Shown piece by piece: positions 26,287 through 36,156 of a DNA stretch of 64,000 bases. Made by a program: the position numbers and the translations under genes. Each line of letters begins with the position of its first letter. Within the stretch, counting starts at the first letter, position 1. The notes under the pieces are model-generated. The model was not told where the DNA came from. It saw nothing but the letters and a program-made list of their open reading frames with translations, and did no database searches. Origin of the DNA: an uncultured Candidatus Saccharibacteria bacterium (GTDB taxonomy: Bacteria; Patescibacteriota; Minisyncoccia; Phycocordibacterales; DSPV01); NCBI GenBank assembly GCA_964617735.1, contig CAZTXT010000001.1, positions 600,549 to 664,548 of the forward strand, given 5' to 3'.

Positions 26287-29200
26287 CTAGAGCCCGAGGA
26301 CCGTCCGCATCGTGTGCCGCGTCTTATAGCCGACATATCCGGAGATCGGGGTTACGCCGAATCTATCCTGGAAAGTTCTGACCGCATTTTGCGTGAGTGA
26401 ACCGAAATAATTTGAGATGACCGCTTCAGGATAGCTGCCCTCGAATGCAAGAAACTCCTGAAGGTCGCCCACCTCTTCCCCCGAATCGCCCCGTTTAAGG
26501 TCACGGTCAAGCAACGCGACTTCGCGAGGGGCTCCGAGAACGACCCATCCGTCCGAGATGGAATTGAGAACGGCACGGGTAGCGGCGTCCACCACTCCGG
26601 TCTGCGGTAGATTATTTTGTACTTGAAATTTATTGAGTGAATCTTTGGTGAGGGGCCCGAAATAGCCGGTGGTGAGCCTGCTTTCATGCAGCAAAACAAA
26701 GTTGAGGATTTGTTGGAGGTGCACAACCTCGAGGCCTTGGTCACCCACCCTAAGATCACGGGTGAAGTGATACTGTGCCAGTGCCTGCTCCTCCACCGCA
26801 TTACGATTTAAGGTTATCTGCGTAACTCCCGCTTTGGGAGCGATCGAGACATGGGTAGCATTGGAATACCCGCCGTCAGCAGTGTATGAGAACAGCGCAT
26901 AATAATAGGTAGTGCCATTGTGGAGCGACGTGTCGGCGAATGTTTCGTGCGATCCGCGGTAGAGCATGTCACCGTCAGCGGGCGCGGTAGGATAGCCTTC
27001 CGCCTTCTTTACCAACACGGTACCAGCGAAACTGGGAGTCTCGGGATTTCTCCAGCTGAAAATGATCTGCGATTCGGCACCCTCGGCAGTAACGAGGTCG
27101 GGCGCAGGCACTGCAACGACGACGGGGCCGTTTCCGCCACCAACTTGTCCCTGCGGGGCGCTTTCTTCACGTGTCTGCCCCGCCGAGGAAGAAACTTCGG
27201 TTCCCGAACTCGAAGATCCCTGATGGACACTCTCTAGATTAACGCCCCCCGATCCCCCTACTGAAGTGCTGACACCGATCTGTTGCGTTGGCGCTAGAGA
27301 TGATGAAGACGATCCGATCGTGAAAGTATGGTCCTCTGAATGCGCGATATTCTCGGCTGTATCTAAAACTTTAACGCGGAAGTGGTAAGTGCCTGGTACA
27401 AGATTGGTTAGAGAGATCGTACCCGAGTTCCCCCTGACATTTGAAGCTAGCGAGGATCCATAGGAAGCATCGAGGCCATATTCGACTTCCCCTAATGTTT
27501 CCTCATCGGTGGAAAACGAAATGGATGCGGTCGTACCGGAAACCGACGGGGATACTGCAGTGATATTCGCGGGCGGATCGACGATGATCGGTACGACAAG
27601 CGTGGTCAAATCATGCAGCGGCGAAGTTGCTTGGTAGGTAAAACCGCCCGCAGGTTTTGAGATGACACGGAAATAATAATTCGTATCGGCCGAGAGACCT
27701 GAAATCGTGATCGAGTGCCTTGTGGTGAGGTCGGCCGAAGAGAGGCTTGACCCAAGATTCTCGCTATCTCCATACTCGACGAGTGAATCGGCCAAAACGT
27801 CCGTTGTCCAGTTGATCGTCGCACTCATCTCCCCGATCGTATCCGCACCGACTTCCGAGATCAAAGGCGCCGCACTTTCCGACGTGCCCGAAGTACCAGC
27901 CGAGGCCGCGGTCGTAAATGTATAATCCAAAGATGTGCCGATATTGCCGGAGGAATCAAAACTCTGCACTCGGAAGTGATAGGTCGTTGAGGGTGAAAGG
28001 TCGGTAAGTGACGCCGAGCCGGCGAACCCTGACTCGGGCTCTATCGAGGTTTCCTCACCATAATTTTGCGTAGTGCCGTATTGAACCCGAGAATCCGCCT
28101 GTTCATTGTTGGCCCAATGAATAGAAGCCGATGTGTCTGTTATCGACGAAACGGTAATGAGAGAGGATACCGGAGCAGTAGTATCTTGAACCACCGGCGG
28201 AGCGCTGGAGGTGAATGAATGGCCACAAGAGCTCGCAAGATTGCCGGCAAGATCGGTCGCGTGAATGCAGTAATAATAGGTTGTATTGGGAGAGAGACCC
28301 GTAAGAGTAGCATCGTGCACCAGCAGCGCGCTTGTGGAGAGCGTAACCGATGAGCCGTAACTTTGGGTGCTGCCATATTCAAGTGTAGAAACTGCAAGTT
28401 CGCTCGTCGTCCAATTGATAGTCGCAATACTTGAGCCGATCGAGCTAATTGTGCTAACTCCTATTGACGGAGGTATCGTATCGGAAGGAGCAACAGAAAT
28501 CGGCAACGCTTCGGTCATGAACGTCTCATCAGGAGAAACAACAGTATTTCCCGCCTCATCGCGGGAGTGGATGCGGTAATGATACTGCGTATTGGGTGAA
28601 AGATCAGTCAGGGTTGCCTCGTGCGTAAGCGCAAGGTTGGTATCAAAAACCGTCTCCGAACCATAGCCGATCGTCGTCCCATATTCCACGTAACCGCCAG
28701 CGATTTCATCAGTCGTCCATCCTACGGTTGCCGAGACTGTCGTAATAGGAGCGACCGAGATCAAAGAGATCGTCGGCGGGTTGGTATCGAGCATCACGAC
28801 AGCGGCTGCGGTCGTGAAAGAATGTCCACAGGAACCTGATACATTACCCGCTGTATCAGTCGCATGAATACAGTAGTGGTATGTTGTATTTGCCTGGAGT
28901 CCCGTGAGGATGGTGGTATGAGCCAAAAGAGCGCTTGCAGAGAGCGGAGCTGATGAGCCGTAATCTAACGTCGTACCATACTCTAGGGTTGAAACCGCGA
29001 GTTCATCCGTGGTCCATGCGATCGTGGCATCGTGCGGCTCAAGTGAAAGCGCGGCAACGTCCGCTATAACCGGCGCACGGGTATCGAGGGGTGTTGCCGT
29101 TGTGACACTGTGTCCGCAGGAATCAGTTTGGTTATCCGAAAGATCAGTCGCATGAATGCAGTAATAATACGTAGTATTCGGAGAAAGGCCTGTTAACAGT

Positions 29201-29796
29201 GCGGTATGTGCGAGGAGTGCCGTCGCGCTGAGATTTGCATGCCAACCATAATGCGTCGTAGTGCCATACTCGAGGCTCGAGAGGGAAAGCTCATTCGTAG
29301 TCCACGCGATCGTAGCATCATCAATGCCCAGCGAGAGGTTGGCCACGCCGGAAATGACCGGCGGCGCAGTATCGGCCAGAGCGGGGGCCGGTTGTGTTTT
29401 TATCGAATAACCGCAAGAATTGCTCGTGTTGCCTACAAGGTCAGTCGCGATGATGCAGAAATGATAGGTGGTGTCAGCAGAGAGTCCGACAATGACTGCG
29501 GTATGGGAGAGCAGTGCAGTAGGATTGAGGAAAAGCTGGGTATTATAACCGTGATGCGCCTGATCATAAGTCACCTGGGAAGTAGCCAGTTCGCTCGTAG
29601 TCCAGCTAATGCTCACTTCATCATACGATAGCGCAACCGCAGCTACTAAAGAGACCGTCGGCGGCGTCGTGTCGGTTGGCAATTCACCGAGGGCGACCGC
29701 GGGCGTGACTGGTGCAAGCAGCACGGAGAGCGAGAGCATACCGGAGACAAAACGGAGGATACTGAACCGAACCATAGGCATGGGGGTTAGGGACAT
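26287..29796 (-). CDS. Secreted cell-wall-associated protein: signal peptide, about 9-10 tandem FN3-like repeats, two C-terminal peptidoglycan-binding (PG_binding_1-like) domains
   Basis: N-terminal hydrophobic signal; about 95-aa repeats each with conserved Cys pair (YHFCIIATD...NSCGYS; TTYYYCIHATD...SCGHS); C-terminal LRVGDQGLEVVHLQQIL...LPQTGVVDAATRAVL and LKRGDSGEEVGDLQEFL... motifs. Confidence 0.85.
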   Translation of the reverse strand: MSLTPMPMVRFSILRFVSGMLSLSVLLAPVTPAVALGELPTDTTPPTVSLVAAVALSYDEVSISWTTSELATSQVTYDQAHHGYNTQLFLNPTALLSHTAVIVGLSADTTYHFCIIATDLVGNTSNSCGYSIKTQPAPALADTAPPVISGVANLSLGIDDATIAWTTNELSLSSLEYGTTTHYGWHANLSATALLAHTALLTGLSPNTTYYYCIHATDLSDNQTDSCGHSVTTATPLDTRAPVIADVAALSLEPHDATIAWTTDELAVSTLEYGTTLDYGSSAPLSASALLAHTTILTGLQANTTYHYCIHATDTAGNVSGSCGHSFTTAAAVVMLDTNPPTISLISVAPITTVSATVGWTTDEIAGGYVEYGTTIGYGSETVFDTNLALTHEATLTDLSPNTQYHYRIHSRDEAGNTVVSPDETFMTEALPISVAPSDTIPPSIGVSTISSIGSSIATINWTTSELAVSTLEYGSTQSYGSSVTLSTSALLVHDATLTGLSPNTTYYYCIHATDLAGNLASSCGHSFTSSAPPVVQDTTAPVSSLITVSSITDTSASIHWANNEQADSRVQYGTTQNYGEETSIEPESGFAGSASLTDLSPSTTYHFRVQSFDSSGNIGTSLDYTFTTAASAGTSGTSESAAPLISEVGADTIGEMSATINWTTDVLADSLVEYGDSENLGSSLSSADLTTRHSITISGLSADTNYYFRVISKPAGGFTYQATSPLHDLTTLVVPIIVDPPANITAVSPSVSGTTASISFSTDEETLGEVEYGLDASYGSSLASNVRGNSGTISLTNLVPGTYHFRVKVLDTAENIAHSEDHTFTIGSSSSSLAPTQQIGVSTSVGGSGGVNLESVHQGSSSSGTEVSSSAGQTREESAPQGQVGGGNGPVVVAVPAPDLVTAEGAESQIIFSWRNPETPSFAGTVLVKKAEGYPTAPADGDMLYRGSHETFADTSLHNGTTYYYALFSYTADGGYSNATHVSIAPKAGVTQITLNRNAVEEQALAQYHFTRDLRVGDQGLEVVHLQQILNFVLLHESRLTTGYFGPLTKDSLNKFQVQNNLPQTGVVDAATRAVLNSISDGWVVLGAPREVALLDRDLKRGDSGEEVGDLQEFLAFEGSYPEAVISNYFGSLTQNAVRTFQDRFGVTPISGYVGYKTRHTMRTVLGL
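27250..29650. repeat. Imperfect about 285-bp tandem coding repeats (FN3-like modules) within 26287-29796
   Basis: Recurring peptide blocks IAWTTDELAVSTLEYGTT..YGSS...ALLAHT..LTGL.PNTTYYYCIHATD. Confidence 0.7.
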
Positions 29797-29877
29797 ATTT
29801 CCTAACCGATGTTAGTTTTTATGCGCATAGTATAGCAAAACCTGAAGTCGTTGTTATCAACACTCGGCGATGATATC

Positions 29878-30672
29878 TTAGGAGGCGCGCGAATGCACAG
29901 AACCTTTGATCTCGTTGATGATTTCGTCGAGATTCATGGCCGCTTTGATAAGGAATTTCTCGGCACCCAGCTCCTTCCCCCGATCGATATCTGATTTCTG
30001 GCCGAGATTCGAGAGTAATATCACAGGAATGTGCTTGACCGTATCATTTTTCTTCAAGCGGGAGAGTATTTCGAAGCCGTCGATGCCGGAGAGTAGGACA
30101 TCGAGGACGATGACATCGGGCATCTCTTTTTCCACGATCGAAAGCGCTTCTTCTCCGCTCATAGAGTGGACCAGGATGCAACCCTCGCTCTGAAGCTTTC
30201 GAGAAATGATATCGCTCAAGAATTTATCATCTTCCACCCAAAGCACCTTCTTGCCCGAGAGGCTGACGGATCCGCGTTGCTCTTGGGCATTGGGAGTCGT
30301 GCGATCGAGCTCGTTGCGAACCTTATTGAGCACTTCATCGGGGTCAAACTGCGCTTTCACCAGATAATCCCTGATGCCCAGCGAGAGAGCGCGACTGATC
30401 TCGACTGGCTGACCCGAATTCGAGATGACGATAACCGGAATATCCTTGATGCTTGCATCCTGATTTTTCTCGGCGAGAATCTCATATCCGCTTTTGGTCG
30501 GCAGGATTATATCGAGAAGGATCAGATCTGGCTTGAATTCGCGAATCTGGGTAAGACCCGCTGCCCCATCGCGGGAGAGAAGCGTATCGTACCCTTCCGC
30601 CGTAAGCTTTTTGAGCAATACGTCGCCGAGGAACACGTCGTCTTCGATAATGAGGATCTTGCGCCTGTTCAT
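29878..30672 (-). CDS. Response regulator with two tandem receiver (REC) domains and no output domain
   Basis: Two CheY-like modules (ILIIEDD...DLILLDIILP...K; VLWVEDD...DVIVLDVLLSG...K). Confidence 0.9.
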   Translation of the reverse strand: MNRRKILIIEDDVFLGDVLLKKLTAEGYDTLLSRDGAAGLTQIREFKPDLILLDIILPTKSGYEILAEKNQDASIKDIPVIVISNSGQPVEISRALSLGIRDYLVKAQFDPDEVLNKVRNELDRTTPNAQEQRGSVSLSGKKVLWVEDDKFLSDIISRKLQSEGCILVHSMSGEEALSIVEKEMPDVIVLDVLLSGIDGFEILSRLKKNDTVKHIPVILLSNLGQKSDIDRGKELGAEKFLIKAAMNLDEIINEIKGSVHSRAS

Positions 30673-31818
30673 TTAAATTTGTTTATACTCATCGCTCGAC
30701 CGAACTGCCGGCAACGTCACGAAGAACGACGAACCTTGTCCCTCGACACTCTCAAACCATACTTTGCCGCCGTGCTGCTCGACGATCTTTTTGACCATAT
30801 ACAAGCCCAACCCCGTTCCATTAGGCTCAACCACGGTGGCATTGCTCGCACGGAAAAAGCGACTGAAGATTTGAGATTGTTGCGAGGGCGGAATGCCAAT
30901 ACCCGTGTCGCGGATGATGATTTTTATGTCAGACCCTTCCTCCGTAAGCTCTACCGTCACGGTACCTTTTTCCATTGTATATTTGATCGCATTCTCCAGC
31001 AAATTCTGGATGACGGCGCGTATTTTCGAAGGATCAACGAGCACCGTGAACTGCCCATTTTTTGGTCTGACGAAATTTATTTTCACGCCTCGCTTTTGCG
31101 CATTGGGAAAAACCTCGAAAAGAACGTTCTCGAAGAGGTCGAAGAGATTGATGCGGATCAGGTTGTACTTGAGGCGCCCGGACTCGACCCGATCGGCCGC
31201 GAGCATGTCATTGACCAAAGCGATCATGCGCTCGTTGTTTTCATAGCTCTTCATCAAAAACGTCTTTTGTTCCTCTGACAAAGGCCCCATGTCGCCCTTA
31301 ATGAGCATGTGGAGGGTCCACTTCAAACCCGAAAGCGGCGTGCGCAACTGATGCGCCACAACTGAGACGAATTCGCTCTTGCGCCGCTCCAGCATCTTCG
31401 CTTCGGTTATATCCTCGATCCAAATGAGCGCATGCGCCTTGAAGCGCTCCTGGTCGGCATCGGAAAGACGGCTGAAAAATATCTGATAGATCTCGGCCTC
31501 GACCTCCACTTCGTTTAAATGAAAGGGCTTGCCCGGCTGTGCACTTCTAACCGAGCGGTCGATGTCGATCCCCGAGAATTTCTTGCGGAATGCGTCCAAA
31601 ATGACCGTAGCATCTTTCTGATCACGGTCTATTCCCAGTATAGCGCGCGCGGAAGGATTGATGAAAAGGACCTGTGATCTCTCATCCAAAAGGATCGCTC
31701 CTTCGCGCATACTCTCGGTGACGATATCCAGCTTCGCTTTTTCCTCCCTCAGACGGCTGATCGGAACCTTCACATCCGACCGTAGCGCTTTGCCGATCGT
31801 TCCTAATACACGTCCCAT
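30673..31818 (-). CDS. Cytoplasmic PAS-domain sensor histidine kinase
   Basis: PAS region, H-box (VAHQLRTPLSGL), N/G1/G2 boxes (NLLENAIKYT, DTGIGIP, GTGLGLYMVK); no TM segments; start abuts RR stop. Confidence 0.88.
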   Translation of the reverse strand: MGRVLGTIGKALRSDVKVPISRLREEKAKLDIVTESMREGAILLDERSQVLFINPSARAILGIDRDQKDATVILDAFRKKFSGIDIDRSVRSAQPGKPFHLNEVEVEAEIYQIFFSRLSDADQERFKAHALIWIEDITEAKMLERRKSEFVSVVAHQLRTPLSGLKWTLHMLIKGDMGPLSEEQKTFLMKSYENNERMIALVNDMLAADRVESGRLKYNLIRINLFDLFENVLFEVFPNAQKRGVKINFVRPKNGQFTVLVDPSKIRAVIQNLLENAIKYTMEKGTVTVELTEEGSDIKIIIRDTGIGIPPSQQSQIFSRFFRASNATVVEPNGTGLGLYMVKKIVEQHGGKVWFESVEGQGSSFFVTLPAVRSSDEYKQI

Positions 31819-31892
31819 GCGTACAGTATAACGCAGAGTGGAACAACGGCCTGTGTATATACGCGCCCGAGAAAAGTCCTTGGCCAGACGTT

Positions 31893-33917
31893 CTAACGCT
31901 CCTCGAACTTCTTCTTGAGGAGAACGATCTCGTCGCGCAGGATAGCCGCCGTCTCGAAATCGAGGATCTTCACCGCGGCGTTCATCTGTTTCTCTTTCTG
32001 TTTGATGAGCGCCATCGGATCCTTCTCGAAGAACTTCTGGTCCACCGCGAGGAGCACTCCTACCGCGCGGTCATGCTCGGAAGCGAGGGTCTCGGTGATA
32101 TCCTTGATCGTTTTTGCGATGCTCTTGGGTGTGATGCCATGAGTCTCGTTGAACTCAAGCTGAAGCGCGCGGCGCCGTTCTGTTTCCTTGATCGCACGGT
32201 CGATAGAACCCGTGACCTGATCGGCGTAGATGATGACCCGACCGTTTACGTTGCGCGCCGCGCGCCCCATGATCTGTATCAATGAAGTCTCCGAGCGCAA
32301 AAAACCCTCTTTATCGGCATCCAAAATCCCGATAAGCGCGACTTCAGGAAGATCGAGCCCTTCGCGCAAGAGATTGACACCGACGAGACAATCGAATACG
32401 CCTTTCCGAAAGTCCGTGAGTATCCGTATGCGCTCGATCGTTTTAACGTCGCTGTGCAGATACTCGGCTTTATAGAGAGCCTCTTTGAGATACGCGCTCA
32501 GATCCTCCGACATCTTTTTGGTGAGGGTCGTGATGATGACTCGCTCCCCTTTCTCGATAGCGCGCTTTGTCTCGGCCATAATATCCTTCACCTGTCCGCC
32601 ATATGTCCCCTTCGGCGAAACCGGCTGTATCGTCACACTCGGATCGATAAGCCCCGTCGGCCGAATGACTTGTTCAACAATCCCCGAACTGACCTCATGC
32701 TCGTATGAGCCCGGAGTCGCGGATGTGAACATCACCTGCCCGATGCGCTCGGTAAACTCATCGAATGAAAGCGGACGGTTATCCGCCGCGGAAGGCAGGC
32801 GGAATCCGTGTTCAATGAGTGTTTTTTTGCGCGAAGCGTCGCCGGCAAGCATGCCGCCGATCTGCGAGACGGTAACGTGCGACTCGTCGATGACCGTTAA
32901 AAAGTCGGGCTTCCCGTCGGGACCTTTGGGGAAATACGAGAGCAGCGAATCGGGTGGATCCCCCGCCTGTTTGCCCGAGAAATGTCTCGAATAATTCTCG
33001 ATGCCGTTGCAGTAACCGATCTCGCGTATCATCGCGAGATCATAATTGGTGCGGCGCTTGAGACGCTCCGCCTCCAAGAGCTTTCCTTCTTTCTCGAACT
33101 TCTTGAGCTGACCCTCAAGCTCTTTTTTGATGGTCTTTAGGGCCCTCGCTTGAGCATCGTCAGCCGTCACGAAATGCTTTGCAGGAAAGAGAAACACGCG
33201 CTCGTCAGACGCGATATGGGCGCGGTTTACCGGATCGTATCGATCTATAGCAGAGATGGAGTTTCCCTCAAATTCGAGCCGATAGAGCACGCGCTCGTTG
33301 ACCGGCATGATCTCAAGCGTATTCCCTACCGCCCTGAAAAGCCCGGGTTCAAGATCCGCCGTCGTCCGTTCGTAGTGCACATCAATGAGTTTTCGCGCAA
33401 GCTCGGTACGCGAGAGCGACATCCCTCGCTCCAGACGCACGTGCTCCTTCTCATATTCCTCGGGGTTTCCCAAGCCATAAATGCACGAGACGGATGCGAC
33501 CACGATCGTGTCCCGACGCGTCAGCAGCGATTGAGTCGTCGCGTGACGCAGGCGATCTATCTCATCGTTGATCATCGCCTCTTTTTCAATATAGGTATCG
33601 GTGATCGGCATGTACGCCTCGGGTTGATAGTAGTCGTAGTAGGAAACGAAATAGTGCACTGCGTTATCGGGAAAAAATTCGCGATATTCCTGCACTAGCT
33701 GCGCCGCAAGCGTTTTGTTGTGTGCGATGACAAGAACCGGCTTATCCTGGCCGGCGATGACATTCGCTACGGTAAAGGTCTTCCCGGATCCGGTGACACC
33801 CAAAAGCGTCTGATAACGGTCACCCCGGGCAAGGCCGGCCGAGAGCGCCGCAATGGCTTTCGGCTGATCGCCAGCTGCGGAAAAAGAAGATCGCAACTTA
33901 AAAAGGCGTTTAGACAT
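31893..33917 (-). CDS. uvrB: Excinuclease ABC subunit B
   Basis: GVTGSGKTF Walker A, helicase motifs, C-terminal UvrB/UvrC interaction coiled coil (FETAAILRDEI). Confidence 0.97.
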   Translation of the reverse strand: MSKRLFKLRSSFSAAGDQPKAIAALSAGLARGDRYQTLLGVTGSGKTFTVANVIAGQDKPVLVIAHNKTLAAQLVQEYREFFPDNAVHYFVSYYDYYQPEAYMPITDTYIEKEAMINDEIDRLRHATTQSLLTRRDTIVVASVSCIYGLGNPEEYEKEHVRLERGMSLSRTELARKLIDVHYERTTADLEPGLFRAVGNTLEIMPVNERVLYRLEFEGNSISAIDRYDPVNRAHIASDERVFLFPAKHFVTADDAQARALKTIKKELEGQLKKFEKEGKLLEAERLKRRTNYDLAMIREIGYCNGIENYSRHFSGKQAGDPPDSLLSYFPKGPDGKPDFLTVIDESHVTVSQIGGMLAGDASRKKTLIEHGFRLPSAADNRPLSFDEFTERIGQVMFTSATPGSYEHEVSSGIVEQVIRPTGLIDPSVTIQPVSPKGTYGGQVKDIMAETKRAIEKGERVIITTLTKKMSEDLSAYLKEALYKAEYLHSDVKTIERIRILTDFRKGVFDCLVGVNLLREGLDLPEVALIGILDADKEGFLRSETSLIQIMGRAARNVNGRVIIYADQVTGSIDRAIKETERRRALQLEFNETHGITPKSIAKTIKDITETLASEHDRAVGVLLAVDQKFFEKDPMALIKQKEKQMNAAVKILDFETAAILRDEIVLLKKKFEER

Positions 33918-33963
33918 GACGCGACCTACTATATACTCTCACCGCCCGTTGTTCAAATGAAAG

Positions 33964-33983
33964 CCACCCTCACGTGAGGGTGG
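33964..33983. promoter_or_regulatory. Perfect 20-bp palindrome CCACCCTCACGTGAGGGTGG upstream of uvrB start (candidate operator or upstream terminator)
   Basis: Seen directly; 47-66 bp upstream of uvrB ATG; followed on minus transcript by CUUUCAUUUG. Confidence 0.3.
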
Positions 33984-33992
33984 ATGTATCGA

Positions 33993-34259
33993 TCAGTCGG
34001 GCTCGCTCATGAAACTGAACGAGACCCATCCGCATTTCGCGGAGAAAAAGTACGGCTGCCAGCGCTTCTTGAGTAGATCGTACCGCCAGCCAATACATCC
34101 CGCCATCTCGAACGCGGGGAATGAAACGAAAGGAGCCAAGAAAATCGGATCGGGCTCCTCCTTTTCTTTGTAGCGCCCGAGCATACGGGTAGAGATATAA
34201 CGTGCTGACATAGGTGCCTCCTCTCTTACCAAGGTTTCCAATACTACTGTAGCGCTCAA
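33993..34259 (-). CDS. Hypothetical small protein (72-88 aa)
   Basis: ORF between tgt and uvrB; overlapping alternative frame (33970-34275) makes call uncertain. Confidence 0.3.
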   Translation of the reverse strand: MSATVVLETLVREEAPMSARYISTRMLGRYKEKEEPDPIFLAPFVSFPAFEMAGCIGWRYDLLKKRWQPYFFSAKCGWVSFSFMSEPD

Positions 34260-34288
34260 GGTGAGAAGACGTCAATCAGTCAAAGTGC

Positions 34289-35494
34289 TTATCCTTCGGC
34301 GTAGCCGGCAGTGAAGCGCTCTTTAAATGAAGTGAATTCCTGGCCTATTATAGACTCGCGAATCCTCTCCATGAGGCTGACTAAAAAGTGTAGGTTGTGT
34401 ATGGTCGCAAGCGTTGCGGCAAGCATTTCCTTTGCATCGAAAAGATGATGCAGATAGGCGCGGGTGAACGTTGCGCATGTATAACATGCGCAATCCGCTT
34501 GGATAGCGAAATACTCTGAAGCGCATGCGCTGTTCTTTATATTAAGCTTCCCCCGCTCTGTATATAAAAGTCCGGTCCTTCCCAGACGTGTTGGCGCAAC
34601 GCAGTCAAACGTGTCGCAGCCATTCTCGATGGCAAGAAAGAGGTCTTCGGGCTCACCGATACCCAACAGGTGCCGGGGTTTTTCTTCGGGAAGGATCTCA
34701 TTGACCCAACGGACAGCGCTCCCGACATCCTTTTTGTCGAAGGACCCACCGATACCGAAACCATCGAAGGGCATCGTGGCGATAGTGCGTGCGCTCTCAC
34801 GTCGCAAATCCTCGAAGCGACCTCCCTGTACTATTCCATAGAGCGCTTGAGGCCCGCCGAGCTTTTGGTGCTCGGCAAGAGAGCGTGCCGCCCACCGATG
34901 CGTGCGCTCCATCGCCTGCCGCTGATACGCATGATCGGCATCGGACGCCGGACACTCATCGAACGCGAAAATAATATCCGCGCCGATCCCATGCTCTATC
35001 GCGATTGAGCGCTCGGGAGTAAAACGATGCTCACTGCCGTCGCGATGCGAGCGGAACGTCACACCATCCTCATCCACCCGTGCCAACGGCGCCGCCCCAA
35101 GGTTGTCATCGGCCTTGTCCTGCTTCTGCTGCTTGTCACGAACGGCCCCCGGCGAAGAGAATTTGGATATTCCCTTTCCGAACGCCGATCCAAGCGAAAA
35201 TACTTGAAAACCACCGGAGTCCGTCATAGTCGGCCCGTCCCAGCCCATGAATTTCGAGAGCCCTCCAGCAGCGATCAGGGCTTCAGGGCCCGGCTGGAGG
35301 TAGAGGTGATAGGTATTCGCAAGAACGGCCTGCGCGCCGGCTTCTTTGATCTGCGCCGGCGTGAGGGATTTGACCGTCGCGAGTGTGCCAACGGGAACGA
35401 ACGCTGGCGTCTTGATCTCTCCGTGCGAAGTGCGTATCACGCCAGCACGGCAGAGCGTGCCACGGAGTTTCTGCTCAATACCAAAGGAGAACAT
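34289..35494 (-). CDS. tgt: Queuine tRNA-ribosyltransferase (tRNA-guanine transglycosylase)
   Basis: HGEIKTPAFVPVGT, zinc site CxCxxC...H near C-terminus. Confidence 0.93.
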   Translation of the reverse strand: MFSFGIEQKLRGTLCRAGVIRTSHGEIKTPAFVPVGTLATVKSLTPAQIKEAGAQAVLANTYHLYLQPGPEALIAAGGLSKFMGWDGPTMTDSGGFQVFSLGSAFGKGISKFSSPGAVRDKQQKQDKADDNLGAAPLARVDEDGVTFRSHRDGSEHRFTPERSIAIEHGIGADIIFAFDECPASDADHAYQRQAMERTHRWAARSLAEHQKLGGPQALYGIVQGGRFEDLRRESARTIATMPFDGFGIGGSFDKKDVGSAVRWVNEILPEEKPRHLLGIGEPEDLFLAIENGCDTFDCVAPTRLGRTGLLYTERGKLNIKNSACASEYFAIQADCACYTCATFTRAYLHHLFDAKEMLAATLATIHNLHFLVSLMERIRESIIGQEFTSFKERFTAGYAEG

Positions 35495-35503
35495 CCCGAA
35501 GCC

Positions 35504-36046
35504 CTACTGCCCGGGCGCGCCGATGCCGACGATCTGAACGTCGAACTGCAATGCCGAATTCGGAGGGATCACATAATTCCCATTCTGGTCTTTTATACCC
35601 GTAGCTCCATACGCCAGAGCAGCCGGAATGAGGATCCTCCGGAGGCCGCCGATCCGCATACCGGAGATGCCTATTTCCATTCCCGCGATCAGCTGATGTG
35701 CCCCGTAGGGGAATGTTAGGGGCTGTCCGCGCCCAAGGGAACTGTCGAATACGGTACCGTCCGCGAGTTTGCCGACATAATGCATAGAAACCATGTCCCC
35801 TTCGGTTATCTCTTTACCAGTACCGACGACGACATCAGCAACCTTCACACCGGAAAGATCGGTGAAGGCGTCATCGGGGAGCACGACGCTCCCGAGATCG
35901 GGATTGGGTGTAGTGTTCATAGTATCATTTGAAGAGGAAACTGCCGCAGGAGAGCTGGGGCTCTGAAAGCCGAACCAGAAAAACAGCGCGACAACGGCAA
36001 TGCCCACGACTGCTGCTAAGATCCCTTTCGTTTTCTTGCTCATCAT
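35504..36046 (-). CDS. Membrane-anchored FKBP-type peptidyl-prolyl cis-trans isomerase
   Basis: N-terminal TM; FKBP core (VSMHYVGKLADGTVFDSS...GAHQLIAGMEIGISGMRIGGLRRILIPAALAYG). Confidence 0.85.
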   Translation of the reverse strand: MMSKKTKGILAAVVGIAVVALFFWFGFQSPSSPAAVSSSNDTMNTTPNPDLGSVVLPDDAFTDLSGVKVADVVVGTGKEITEGDMVSMHYVGKLADGTVFDSSLGRGQPLTFPYGAHQLIAGMEIGISGMRIGGLRRILIPAALAYGATGIKDQNGNYVIPPNSALQFDVQIVGIGAPGQ

Positions 36047-36156
36047 TAGGTAATTGATGTTGTTTAGTAACGAGTATGGTGACTCGCTTCCAGTGTACCT
36101 CGGAGAGCGGAGAAGGGAAAGTGGACAGCGATAGGAACGAACCGTACAATAACCCC

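Noticed and set aside
26900-29650. About 285-bp periodic repeats considered as a possible CRISPR or satellite
   Set aside because: The period is far too long. The repeats are imperfect and translate into FN3-like protein modules in one continuous ORF.
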